DNA from: a bacterium
GTDB taxonomy: Archaea > Thermoplasmatota > E2 > JACPAO01 > JAHFTW01
Length of the DNA: 36,236 nt
Assembly (NCBI GenBank): GCA_040390065.1
Contig: JAZJZE010000021.1
Coordinates: 1-36,236 of the forward strand
Reading direction: 5' to 3'
The position numbers and the translations under genes are program-made. Below, piece after piece: positions 18,227-26,613 of the stretch (within the stretch, counting starts at the first letter, position 1; each line of letters begins with the position of its first letter). The notes under the pieces are model-generated. The model worked only from the letters and a program-made list of their open reading frames with translations. It was not told the DNA's origin and searched no databases.

Positions 18227-19060
18227 ATGCGCTGGGTAGCCCTGCTCTTCGTCGTCGCGTTCGCCCTTGCGGGTTGCGGCGGCTCGAGCGACGACGGATC
18301 GAATGGCAGCTCCTCCTCGAACTCGTCCTCGACGTCCAAGTCTTCGACCTCGTCGACGACCTCGACCTCGAGCACGACATCGACCACCACGACGTCCGGC
18401 GGCCCCGGCGAGAACCACGACCCGACGGCCGACCTCACCGTCGACGTCGCAGCCGGAAAGATTCCTCTCTCCGTCAATTTCACCGTCGTTGCCACCGATC
18501 CCGACGCAGGCGACTCCGTCACCTGGTCGCTCTCCTTCGGCGACTCCACGACCCCCTCAAGCGGCGACGCCGGCAAGAAGGTCCAGCACTCCTACACCGC
18601 CATCGGCAACTACACGGCGACACTCATCGTGACGGACAGCCACCAGGCGGCCACGACGAAGACGGCGCGCGTCAACGCCACCGCGGCCGGCCCGACCAAG
18701 ACTGTCCTCTCGGGCAGCGTAACGAACCGCTGCGGGGACCCCTGCGACACGACGGCCATGGGCTGTGCCGACTTCGCCAGCAACATGCCGGGCACGCTTT
18801 GCATCTGGTTCCCCATCACCGCGGCCATGCAGAACCAGCCGTTTACCGCCACCTCGACGGGCGGCGACCCTGACATCTACTTCACGGACACGTGCACGGC
18901 CCCTTCGGATGCAACCACGGAGCAAGGCTTCCAGAAGTCCGGACCCGAGGCCGGGACCGTCCCCGCCCTCAACTGCCTCGTCATCTGGGAGTACAACAGC
19001 CCGGCGGCGAACCCGACTGGCTACTCGATGCCGAGCACGTTCACCGTCACGATTGGCTAG
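18227..19060 (+). CDS. PKD-domain lipoprotein 4 with a poly-Ser/Thr linker and a Cys-rich head
   Basis: Lipobox FALAG-C, linker SSSSNSSSTSKSSTSSTTSTSSTTSTTTTS, PKD module WSLSFGD...HSYTAIGNYTATLIVTD, and a head containing six Cys. Confidence 0.9.
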   Translation: MRWVALLFVVAFALAGCGGSSDDGSNGSSSSNSSSTSKSSTSSTTSTSSTTSTTTTSGGPGENHDPTADLTVDVAAGKIPLSVNFTVVATDPDAGDSVTWSLSFGDSTTPSSGDAGKKVQHSYTAIGNYTATLIVTDSHQAATTKTARVNATAAGPTKTVLSGSVTNRCGDPCDTTAMGCADFASNMPGTLCIWFPITAAMQNQPFTATSTGGDPDIYFTDTCTAPSDATTEQGFQKSGPEAGTVPALNCLVIWEYNSPAANPTGYSMPSTFTVTIG

Positions 19061-19249
19061 AGGTCGTTGCATCACTTCCAGGGTGGCCTGCGACGGCCGA
19101 ACAACGACCCGCAAGGGCGCGCCGCTTTGCGGGGGACGTCGTCGTCGGATCCGACTCGGCGTGGCGCTGCCGCGCCGTCGCCGAATCGTCCTAGCCCTCC
19201 TTGCAACCCGGCGCGCGCAGGCCTCCTGGAGGTGATGCAACGACCTCTA
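19058..19249. mobile_element. MITE-like element (~192 bp) with ~35-bp terminal inverted repeats, flanked by TA
   Basis: Left end TAGAGGTCGTTGCATCACTTCCAGGGTGGCCTGCG (19058-19092). Reverse complement of the right end is TAGAGGTCGTTGCATCACCTCCAGGAGGCCTGCG (19216-19249). No credible internal ORF. A related copy starts at 36086. Confidence 0.8.
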
Positions 19250-20350
19250 CGCGCGACTTGGTTTGCGTGCCGCCTTGGCTCCCGGCTCGAGGGGCAACTC
19301 CTCACGCCGGCCGCAGTTGGGGCAGAGAAGCACCGTCGGGCCGAACAGGTTGCGCACGGCGTTGAACTTCGTCTGGCACTTGGGGCAGCGCGCCCGCACG
19401 GAGGCCACCGCCGCCCGCTCTGGCTTGGCAAGCGGGTTCTCCCACAGCGCCGGCAGGACTTCGGCCAAACCGCACTTGGGGCACAGGATGGCCGTCTCGG
19501 CGGCGGGGTCGCGCTGCAGGTCGAAGTGCGTCGCGCATCGCCCGCACGTCACGTCCAGGCGCATGAGGCGCGGCCGGTGCGGCCGCAGGAACGGCAGGAA
19601 CGGCGTCGAGCCGCCTGCCTCGCGCACGGCCTTGCGCTCCGCCTGCAGGTCGGACCACCACGACAGACGCGCGGTCCAGCGGGCCTTGCGTTCCGTCTTG
19701 CGGCGCTCGAACCGCGAACCAGCATAGTACGATTCCTTGCGGGCGCGGTCGAGGGCCACGAGGAAGCGGGGGTCGGAGCCGAGTTCGACGTCGACCTCCA
19801 TGCCGTGGCCGGGGTGCGCCCGTTCGTAGGACCAGAAGCGGTTCAGGCGCCCTTGTTCCCAGATGATGAAGAAGAAGCCGCCAAGGATCGGCACGAGTGT
19901 TGCGACCCAGATGGCCGTGGCGTTGCCGTAGCGCACGTCCGACGGGGCCACCATCGCGGCGGTGCGGCGTGCCGTCCACAATTGCAGGATCGACGTCGGG
20001 GCCAAGCACAACGCGCCAAGGACGTAGCCCATCACGCCCAGGTGCAGGCTGCCAGCGCCGAGGAGGAAAACGGCGCCTAGGGCGGCAAGCCACAGCATCG
20101 CTGCGTTGGCCCGGTGGTTCAGGCCCAGCGCCTCATGGCCGTCGACTTCCTTGTTGATGGCAAACAGCCACCGGCGCCGGTAGATGCCGAGGGTCACGGC
20201 CTGCAAGACCAGCTGCCGCCACAAGATGCGGCTGCGGCCGAGGAAGACGACCCTCACGGACTTGACCAAATGCCCGTCGTTTATCACGGTTGGGATGAGA
20301 TTGCTTGAGCCGCTGCTGGGCATGGGCCTTGGTGCGGACGTTTCCGCCAT
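19247..20350 (-). CDS. Membrane protein: DUF4234-like N-terminus plus two C-terminal Zn ribbons
   Basis: LQAVTLGIYRRRWLFAINKEV and about 4 TM segments, followed by CGRC...CPKC and CPKC...CPNC. Confidence 0.82.
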   Translation of the reverse strand: MAETSAPRPMPSSGSSNLIPTVINDGHLVKSVRVVFLGRSRILWRQLVLQAVTLGIYRRRWLFAINKEVDGHEALGLNHRANAAMLWLAALGAVFLLGAGSLHLGVMGYVLGALCLAPTSILQLWTARRTAAMVAPSDVRYGNATAIWVATLVPILGGFFFIIWEQGRLNRFWSYERAHPGHGMEVDVELGSDPRFLVALDRARKESYYAGSRFERRKTERKARWTARLSWWSDLQAERKAVREAGGSTPFLPFLRPHRPRLMRLDVTCGRCATHFDLQRDPAAETAILCPKCGLAEVLPALWENPLAKPERAAVASVRARCPKCQTKFNAVRNLFGPTVLLCPNCGRREELPLEPGAKAARKPSRA

Positions 20351-20391
20351 GCGCGCAACAGGCTTATCGTCTGCCGGGTCGGCTGGCCATC

Positions 20392-21594
20392 GTGGGCAAC
20401 GCGTGGCTGTTGGCAGTGCTGCTGGGCGCGACCGGGTTGGCCGGGTGCGGAGGCCTCGCTGGCTCGTCCTGCGACGGCTTCTGCATGACGCCCCCCGCCG
20501 ACCCGTCGGGCGCGTACGCGTTCCGCGCCGACGTCGCCGCGGACGAGTACCTGTGGGATTTCGGCGACCACACGACCGCGTCCGGCCACGACGTCATGCA
20601 CTCCTTCCCGTTCCGGGACGGCAAGGTGAACGTGCGCTTGACGGCGAAGTCGGCAGACGGTGCCCGGGCGTTCCAGCAGCCCATCACGCTGGGCACGGGC
20701 ACGAACAAGGCGCCGACCTTCCTGCTCGAGGCGCAGACGGATTGGGCCGCCGTCGGCGAGTCGGTCACGTTCAGTGCAGCGGGCTCGACCGACCCCGAGC
20801 ATGACCCACTGCTCTTTTCCTGGTCCTGCCAACGCGTCGGCGAGGCCATCCGCCTGGCCGAACACTACGACAACGCGCGGCCCCCACCGATCACCCCGAG
20901 TGCCGGGTCGATTGCAAGCGGGCGTGCCAACCACACGCTGCCCGAGGCGACGAAATCCTACAGCGGAGACTTGTGCGATTCCTTGGGGCACATCGGCGAC
21001 CACGCACTCTCCGCCGATGCGCAGACAGTCAAGGGGACGTTCCAGCGCCCCGGCAAGTACATGGTGTTCCTCGAGGCCGCCGACGCGACGCATCCGACCG
21101 TCTCCGGATCGTTCAGCCTCGTCGTGACCCCGGCGTCGGAGCGTCCAGCCGCACGCTACGCTTTCCCGTTCGCCGGGACGCTGACGGCGGGCACCCAATC
21201 CGCGACCGGGGCCGATCCGCCGCTGCAGACGGGTTGCAACAAGCTGCCCGAGAAGCCACGCTGCGACATCTTCCTGGGAAACTTCTCGCTCCCCCTCGGC
21301 GCGTCGAGCTCATGGATCAACCTCACCTACGACCGCGGCACCGCGGGACAGCCGCCCGTCGCGGGAACACCCGGCGAGGCCGCCGCCTACGAGGTGACCT
21401 GGGAACTCCTGCGCAGCGGCTTCGTCATCGCGTCCGGTGGCCCCGCGCAGGACACGACGTTCCTGCCGGGCAGCGCGACCCCGTTTTCGGGCAACTTCAC
21501 GGCGCGGGTGACGCTGCGGCAAGGGGCCAACGTGGCCTTCACGTGGTCGATGGAGTCGCACATCGAAGCGGACCCGTACAAGCTGTACTACTGA
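20392..21594 (+). CDS. Lipoprotein with degenerate PKD modules, paralogue 1 (ends DPYKLYY)
   Basis: GTG start about 28 nt after a TTAT box. Lipobox GLAG-C, YLWDFGD and GESVTFSAAGSTDPEHD. Colinear with 21685-22941. Confidence 0.85.
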   Translation: MGNAWLLAVLLGATGLAGCGGLAGSSCDGFCMTPPADPSGAYAFRADVAADEYLWDFGDHTTASGHDVMHSFPFRDGKVNVRLTAKSADGARAFQQPITLGTGTNKAPTFLLEAQTDWAAVGESVTFSAAGSTDPEHDPLLFSWSCQRVGEAIRLAEHYDNARPPPITPSAGSIASGRANHTLPEATKSYSGDLCDSLGHIGDHALSADAQTVKGTFQRPGKYMVFLEAADATHPTVSGSFSLVVTPASERPAARYAFPFAGTLTAGTQSATGADPPLQTGCNKLPEKPRCDIFLGNFSLPLGASSSWINLTYDRGTAGQPPVAGTPGEAAAYEVTWELLRSGFVIASGGPAQDTTFLPGSATPFSGNFTARVTLRQGANVAFTWSMESHIEADPYKLYY

Positions 21595-21684
21595 GGACGA
21601 GCATGACCCAGACCGAACCCGTTGAGAGCCGCCCCGGCCGGCAGTCCATAAGACTTATACCAAAACCCCTGGCATCGGCGCGCC

Positions 21685-22941
21685 ATGGACCTAGGAAAGG
21701 CCGCCGCACTCACCCTCCTCGTCGCTGCGGCCCTGGCGGGCTGCTCCGGCAAGAACGACCAGGGTGGCCCCGGCGCCTCCGGCTCGGGCTGCGTCGACGG
21801 CTTCTGCATCACCGTGCCGGCCTCGCCTGGCGACGCGTACCACTTCAGCGCCAGTGTGTCGGCGGACAACTACACGTGGGACCTCGGCGACAACCTCGGT
21901 CCCGCTTGGGGGCACGACGTCGACCACACGTACGACGTGCAGAACTCCAACCTGACGGTGCGCCTCTACGCCAAGAGCGGCTCGGACACGCACATGTACG
22001 AGCGCAAGGGCGCCATCGTGCGCGGCTGCTTCCAAGCACCAACACCAGCCTGCGAGAATCACCGGGCCACGTTCCTGCTCGAGGCCGAACGCAACTGGTT
22101 CGTGACGGGCGAGAAGGCGCACTTCTCGGCTGCCTCGAGCCGCGACCCGGACGGCGACAACATGCGCTTTGCCTGGGCCTGCCAGCGCAATGGCCCTGCC
22201 GTGAAACTCACGCCCCACTCGCACGGCCCGATGCCGCCGCCCTTCCAGGCGCCGCCCGCCGGCTCCGTCACAAGCGGTGTGGCCAATCATACGCTCCCCG
22301 CCGCCACGCTCGTCCTCGACGCGTCGGTCGACCTGTGCCAAGCCCTCGGCTCGATCGGCTCCCAGCGCCTCTCCACGGGCGCCACGACCCTCGAAGGCAC
22401 GTTCCTGCAGGAAGGCAAGTACAGCATGTTCCTGATCGCCGCCGACCCGGCACACCCGACAGTGTCGGGACAATTCGACTTCGTCGTGACGCCGCCTGCG
22501 GACCGACCGGCCCTCCTCCAGACCTGGCCGTTCTCCGGGAACTTCAAGGCCGGCGCGCACACCGCAACGGGCGGAGCCGCGGACGTGCAGACCGTCTGCG
22601 ATGCGGCGATGTCGGGCCAGACGTGCGACGTGTTCCTCGGTGCCGTCAACATGCCGCTTGGCGCCACCATCTCCTGGGTCAACTTCACGTACGGCATCGG
22701 TCCGGGCGGCTCCACCGTGCCACCCAGCGGCCAGAACCAGGCCAAGTGGTTCCTCACGAAGGACGGGGTCAGCATCGCCAATGGCGGCCCTGGACAGGAG
22801 CCGGTCGTGATCGAGGCCATCCACACGCCGCTTGGCGCCAACTACGTCATGCGCATCACGGCGGAGCAGGGCGGCAACTTCGACTTCCAGTTGCAGATGC
22901 AGTCCAAGATGGACCTCGACCCGTACAAGCTCTACTTCTGA
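21685..22941 (+). CDS. Lipoprotein with degenerate PKD modules, paralogue 2 (ends DPYKLYF)
   Basis: Lipobox AALAG-C, YTWDLGD and GEKAHFSAASSRDPDGD. Shares TFLLEA, W.CQR.G, ANHTLP.AT, HPTVSG and PLGA..SW.N.TY with paralogue 1. Confidence 0.88.
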   Translation: MDLGKAAALTLLVAAALAGCSGKNDQGGPGASGSGCVDGFCITVPASPGDAYHFSASVSADNYTWDLGDNLGPAWGHDVDHTYDVQNSNLTVRLYAKSGSDTHMYERKGAIVRGCFQAPTPACENHRATFLLEAERNWFVTGEKAHFSAASSRDPDGDNMRFAWACQRNGPAVKLTPHSHGPMPPPFQAPPAGSVTSGVANHTLPAATLVLDASVDLCQALGSIGSQRLSTGATTLEGTFLQEGKYSMFLIAADPAHPTVSGQFDFVVTPPADRPALLQTWPFSGNFKAGAHTATGGAADVQTVCDAAMSGQTCDVFLGAVNMPLGATISWVNFTYGIGPGGSTVPPSGQNQAKWFLTKDGVSIANGGPGQEPVVIEAIHTPLGANYVMRITAEQGGNFDFQLQMQSKMDLDPYKLYF

Positions 22942-22984
22942 GCGAAGGCGGAACGCTTTTTCCGCCGCCGCGCTGGGAGTGCCC

Positions 22985-24745
22985 ATGAAGCCCTCCGTCG
23001 CCTGGGCCGCCGCCTTGACCATGGCTTGCCTCGCCCTTGCAGGCTGTTCCAGCAGCAGTGGCAGCGCCCCGGCAGCCACCGTGGACCCGTCGGAGAACTC
23101 GGACTACGTCTCCGGCCGCGAGATCCACCTCAAGATGTCGGTCGTCGACTACGACCAGGAACTCTACCCGGGAATGCATTCCTGGCTGTGGGCGTTCTGC
23201 GTCGAGGCCTTCGACCCCGGCGACGCGGCCTCCGTCGCGGCCATCGAGTACTTCGACCGGCTGCCCGGCGACGGCACGAACCCGGAAGTTGCCGGCCAAC
23301 TGCGTGACCACTGCGGCGTGCCGGGCCCGACCATCCGCGTGCACCAAGGCGACCACGTCGTCGTCGAGTTCACGAACACGCACGTCCACCCGCACACCAT
23401 CCACTGGCACGGCCAGTACGTCCCCGGCGACCAGTGCCCGGAGTCCGGCTGCGCCGACGGCGCCCAAGGCGTGACGCAGCAGGCCGTCAAGGGCACACCC
23501 TTCGTCTACGACTTCATCGCGAAGCGCGCTGGCACGCTGTGGTACCACTGCCACGTCGACGCCGGCTTCCACATGATGCAGGGCCTGTACGGCATGTTCA
23601 TCGTCGAGCCCAAGAGCACGGACCACGAACCGAAGAACATCGACCACGAAGAGACGATGATCCTGAGCACCGTGCGCCGCGCAATCGTCGAAGCCGTCCC
23701 TGGCACGAGCCGGCACAACCACCCGCCGGGCTGCTTCGTCTCCGGGACACCCAACTGCCAGAACCCGCCGCAGATCCTGACGCCGGACATCTTCATGATC
23801 AACGGCCATAGTTATCCGTTCACGGAGGACCAGCCGCAGTCGGTCATGCACATCGAGTCGGGCAAGGACATCCGCGTGCGCATCCTCAACGCGGGCAACA
23901 CGCAGGAGGAGATCCATTTGCACGGGCATGACATGGAAGTCATTGCGGAGGACGGCGTGGCGCTTGCCGTGCCCTACTACGTCGACACCCTGCGCGTCGG
24001 CCCGGCCGAGCGCTTCGACGTCGTCATCCACGGCAACAACCCGGGCGTCTGGCTCATGCACACCCACGTGGCGCAGGACGAGACCAACGACCTGCAGTTC
24101 CCCGGCGGCATGCACACGATGCTCGTCTACAAGGGCTTCGAGGACAAGATGCACAACTTCCCGGCGGAATTGGCCGGAGGGATGCCGTACCATGCCGACG
24201 TCTTCCCGCCGAGCGACCACACGTTCTCGGACACCGTGTACATGCCGACGGCTGCCGCCGCGCCGATTCCGGGAGGCCCGGCGCCGACCAATACGGCAAA
24301 CGTGCAGCGCACGTTTGGCGTGCCAATGGAGTGCGCGCTCAAGACCATCAGTTTCACGGCCCAATTGTCCGGCTCGCAGGCCAGCCAGACAGCGTCGTCG
24401 CTGGACGTCGCCATCCGCAAGCCCGGCGACGGTCCAGAGAAGGCGGCGTACCGCAACGGGGCGCTCGGCTTCAACCAGGGGAACCCGGGCACGCCGACCC
24501 CCACGGTTCACTTTGCCCTTGCCCAGGCGCAACACCCGGACGGCACGTTCGAACTGACGCAGGGCAACTGGACCATCAGCATCACGGGCCGCGCCGCCGA
24601 GTCGATTGTGGCGCTCACGACGGACACGGACTACTATGCGTCCTGGGACGAGCAGTTGGAAAGCCACCACTCCAACAAGACGCCTCTTTGCGGGACCTAC
24701 GGGTACGGCAACGAGGGCCGCGTCGTCGGCGCCGGCAACGTGTAG
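22985..24745 (+). CDS. Lipoprotein multicopper oxidase, two-domain (type C-like), with a C-terminal extension
   Basis: Lipobox LALAG-C. Domain 1 has PGPTIRV, HTIHWHG and WYHCHVDAGFHMMQGL. Domain 2 has IHLHGH, GPAERFDV and WLMHTH. Confidence 0.93.
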   Translation: MKPSVAWAAALTMACLALAGCSSSSGSAPAATVDPSENSDYVSGREIHLKMSVVDYDQELYPGMHSWLWAFCVEAFDPGDAASVAAIEYFDRLPGDGTNPEVAGQLRDHCGVPGPTIRVHQGDHVVVEFTNTHVHPHTIHWHGQYVPGDQCPESGCADGAQGVTQQAVKGTPFVYDFIAKRAGTLWYHCHVDAGFHMMQGLYGMFIVEPKSTDHEPKNIDHEETMILSTVRRAIVEAVPGTSRHNHPPGCFVSGTPNCQNPPQILTPDIFMINGHSYPFTEDQPQSVMHIESGKDIRVRILNAGNTQEEIHLHGHDMEVIAEDGVALAVPYYVDTLRVGPAERFDVVIHGNNPGVWLMHTHVAQDETNDLQFPGGMHTMLVYKGFEDKMHNFPAELAGGMPYHADVFPPSDHTFSDTVYMPTAAAAPIPGGPAPTNTANVQRTFGVPMECALKTISFTAQLSGSQASQTASSLDVAIRKPGDGPEKAAYRNGALGFNQGNPGTPTPTVHFALAQAQHPDGTFELTQGNWTISITGRAAESIVALTTDTDYYASWDEQLESHHSNKTPLCGTYGYGNEGRVVGAGNV

Positions 24746-24768
24746 TCTTGCCCTGGTCGCCCACGCAA

Positions 24769-24861
24769 TCCACAGATTTCGCCGAAACCTTGGGCATCGT
24801 CCTGGTGGGTTCTTGCGCGTCTTGCAATGGCACTGACTGGGAGCAGATGCCACTGATTGAC
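24769..24861 (+). repeat. 93-bp dispersed intergenic repeat, copy B
   Basis: TCCACAGATTTCGCC...TCTTGCAATGGCACTGACTGGGAGCAGATGCCACTGATTGAC, inverted relative to copies A and C. Confidence 0.92.
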
Positions 24862-25017
24862 CAAGCCGGCGTGGCCAATCTGCGGCGGGTCGCGGGCGCC
24901 GGCAGGCCCCCCGGCAAGGAGGCAGGCGCGGGAGGCGGCAGCCCCCCGCCGTTCTGTGGGGCCGAGCCATGCGCGGCCCCACGCACAACTGATCGACCTG
25001 GTTGCAGGTCGTGAGGC

Positions 25018-25030
25018 AACGCTTAAAACC
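25018..25030 (+). promoter_or_regulatory. BRE/TATA-like promoter of rpoE1-spt4
   Basis: AACGCTTAAAACC lies about 55-60 nt upstream of the TTG start. Confidence 0.55.
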
Positions 25031-25084
25031 ACCTTCCCGTCCGAAGGTCGCCCAGGGTGCCCTTCGCATCCAGGGGGTCCTCCC

Positions 25085-25747
25085 TTGTACCGCGTCATCC
25101 CGATGAGCGACACCGTCCGCATCCCGCCGGAACAGATGACGGAGGACCTCGCCGACACCATTTCGAACCTCGTGCAGAAGTCCTTCGAGGGCCGCCTCAA
25201 CAAGACGCACGGCATCACTGTCCTCACGACCAACGTCCAGCCTGCAGGCGAGGGCCAGGTCATCCACGGCGACGGCGCCATCTACCAGAAGGTCGCCTTC
25301 GACGCCCTCGTCTTCAAGCCGGACAATCAGGAAGTCGTCGACGGCATCGTCGCCGAGATCGTCGAGTTCGGCGCCTTCGTCCACATCGGCCCCCTCGACG
25401 CCCTCGTCCACATGAGCCAGGTCATGAACGACTTCATGACGGCCGACGTGCACAACGAGCGCCTGGTCGGCAAGGAGACCGGCCGCACCCTCGAGGTCGG
25501 CGAGAACGTCCGCGCCCGCATCGTCACGGCGAGCCTCAACGAGCTGTCGCCCCGCGAATCCAAGATCGGCCTCACAATGCGCCAACCCGGCCTCGGCAAG
25601 TTCGACTGGATCGACGAGGACCGCCGCAAGGCCCGCAGCGGCGACGTCGCCCCGGCCCCTGGCACGCCCGACAACGTGCGCAGCGAGAAGCCGACGACCA
25701 AGCGCGCCGTCAAGAAGGCCGAGAAGGAATCCGCGGGAGCTGCCTAG
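25085..25747 (+). CDS. rpoE1: DNA-directed RNA polymerase subunit E' (Rpo7)
   Basis: TTG start gives MYRVIPMSDTVRIPP. Also IHGDGAIY, S1 domain EFGAFVHIGPLDALVHMSQV, and KIGLTMRQPGLGKFDW. Confidence 0.96.
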   Translation: MYRVIPMSDTVRIPPEQMTEDLADTISNLVQKSFEGRLNKTHGITVLTTNVQPAGEGQVIHGDGAIYQKVAFDALVFKPDNQEVVDGIVAEIVEFGAFVHIGPLDALVHMSQVMNDFMTADVHNERLVGKETGRTLEVGENVRARIVTASLNELSPRESKIGLTMRQPGLGKFDWIDEDRRKARSGDVAPAPGTPDNVRSEKPTTKRAVKKAEKESAGAA

Positions 25748-25927
25748 ATGAGCAAAGCCTGCAAGGCCTGCCACCTCATCAGCGAAGAACTGCAGTGCCC
25801 CAACTGCGGCCAAGCCACCAGCAAGAACTGGTCCGGCATGCTCACCATCCTCGACCCCAAGGACTCGGAGCTCGCGAAGAGCATGAATATCCAGAAGCCT
25901 GGCGTGTACGCGCTGAAAGTGCGCTAG
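25748..25927 (+). CDS. spt4: Transcription elongation factor Spt4 (RpoE'')
   Basis: Below the ORF-track cutoff. Manual translation: MSKACKACHLISEELQCPNCGQATSKNWSGMLTILDPKDSELAKSMNIQKPGVYALKVR. Confidence 0.95.
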   Translation: MSKACKACHLISEELQCPNCGQATSKNWSGMLTILDPKDSELAKSMNIQKPGVYALKVR

Positions 25928-25936
25928 GCGGGTTGC

Positions 25937-26365
25937 TTGGTCGGCGTCGAGTGCCCCAGTTGCGGGGCCATGGCGCTGGGCTACGACGCCCAGGGGAGGA
26001 TGCGATGCTTCACGTGCGGTTTTCCCCATCAAGACTTTGTTGCCGTGGACGCAGGCGGCAACGAACCCGCAGGGGCGGGGCCGGCGATGTTCCCCACAAA
26101 GGTGGCTTCCGGAGCCAACCTCTCCATCCTTGCAGCCATCCTGGCTTGGCCTGCCATTTTCTTGCCGTTTCCGTTCGCGCTCCTCGGCTTCCTCGGGCTC
26201 AGTACGTTGGCTCTTGTCGTCGGCTCGCTCGCGATTGGAAAACAGCGCCGCGACCCCCGGCTTGGGGGTCGGGTAGCGGCATGGTGCGGGGCCATCCTTG
26301 GCGGCCTTGAATTGACGTTCTTCGCCACTTCTCTCATTGCCGCGATCCTTCGTGCGAGGCCCTGA
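25937..26365 (+). CDS. Small membrane protein with an N-terminal Zn ribbon (DUF4190-like TM part)
   Basis: CPSC...CFTC followed by about 3 TM segments and GGRVAAWCGAILG; TTG start. Confidence 0.7.
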   Translation: MVGVECPSCGAMALGYDAQGRMRCFTCGFPHQDFVAVDAGGNEPAGAGPAMFPTKVASGANLSILAAILAWPAIFLPFPFALLGFLGLSTLALVVGSLAIGKQRRDPRLGGRVAAWCGAILGGLELTFFATSLIAAILRARP

Positions 26366-26613
26366 ACCGCCCTGGGCGGGCCGCCGGCGGCCCCCGCGCG
26401 CTCCCTTCGGTTCGCGCAATTGCCACTCCCTCGCTTCGCCGCGGCTTCGCCGACGGCGTGCTCGCCCCGGCCGGCGGCCCCTTCGCCTTCCTTCCATTCC
26501 ATCATGACGTCGCCGCCGTCGGAGGACTGCAGGAATGGGTCGTTGGCTTGGACAGGCAGGTTCGCGGGCGGGGTCCGGTCGGTTCCGTGGTTCGCACGAA
26601 GCCAGCCCTGAAA

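Noticed and set aside
18308-18396. TCGACC/TCGACG-like short tandem pattern as a phase-variable repeat
   Set aside because: It is imperfect and in frame, and is explained by a Ser/Thr linker encoded with TCG/ACC/ACG codons.
22985-24745. Annotation as copper nitrite reductase (nirK)
   Set aside because: All four HxH pairs of a trinuclear cluster are present, which NirK lacks.
22856-26497. 1213-aa minus-strand ORF, and similar long ORFs at 2367-4532(-), 4087-5742(-), 8708-10078(-) and 29554-31953(+)
   Set aside because: These are antisense shadows of clearly identified genes in a high-GC genome. They are R/G/A/V-rich with no recognisable motifs.
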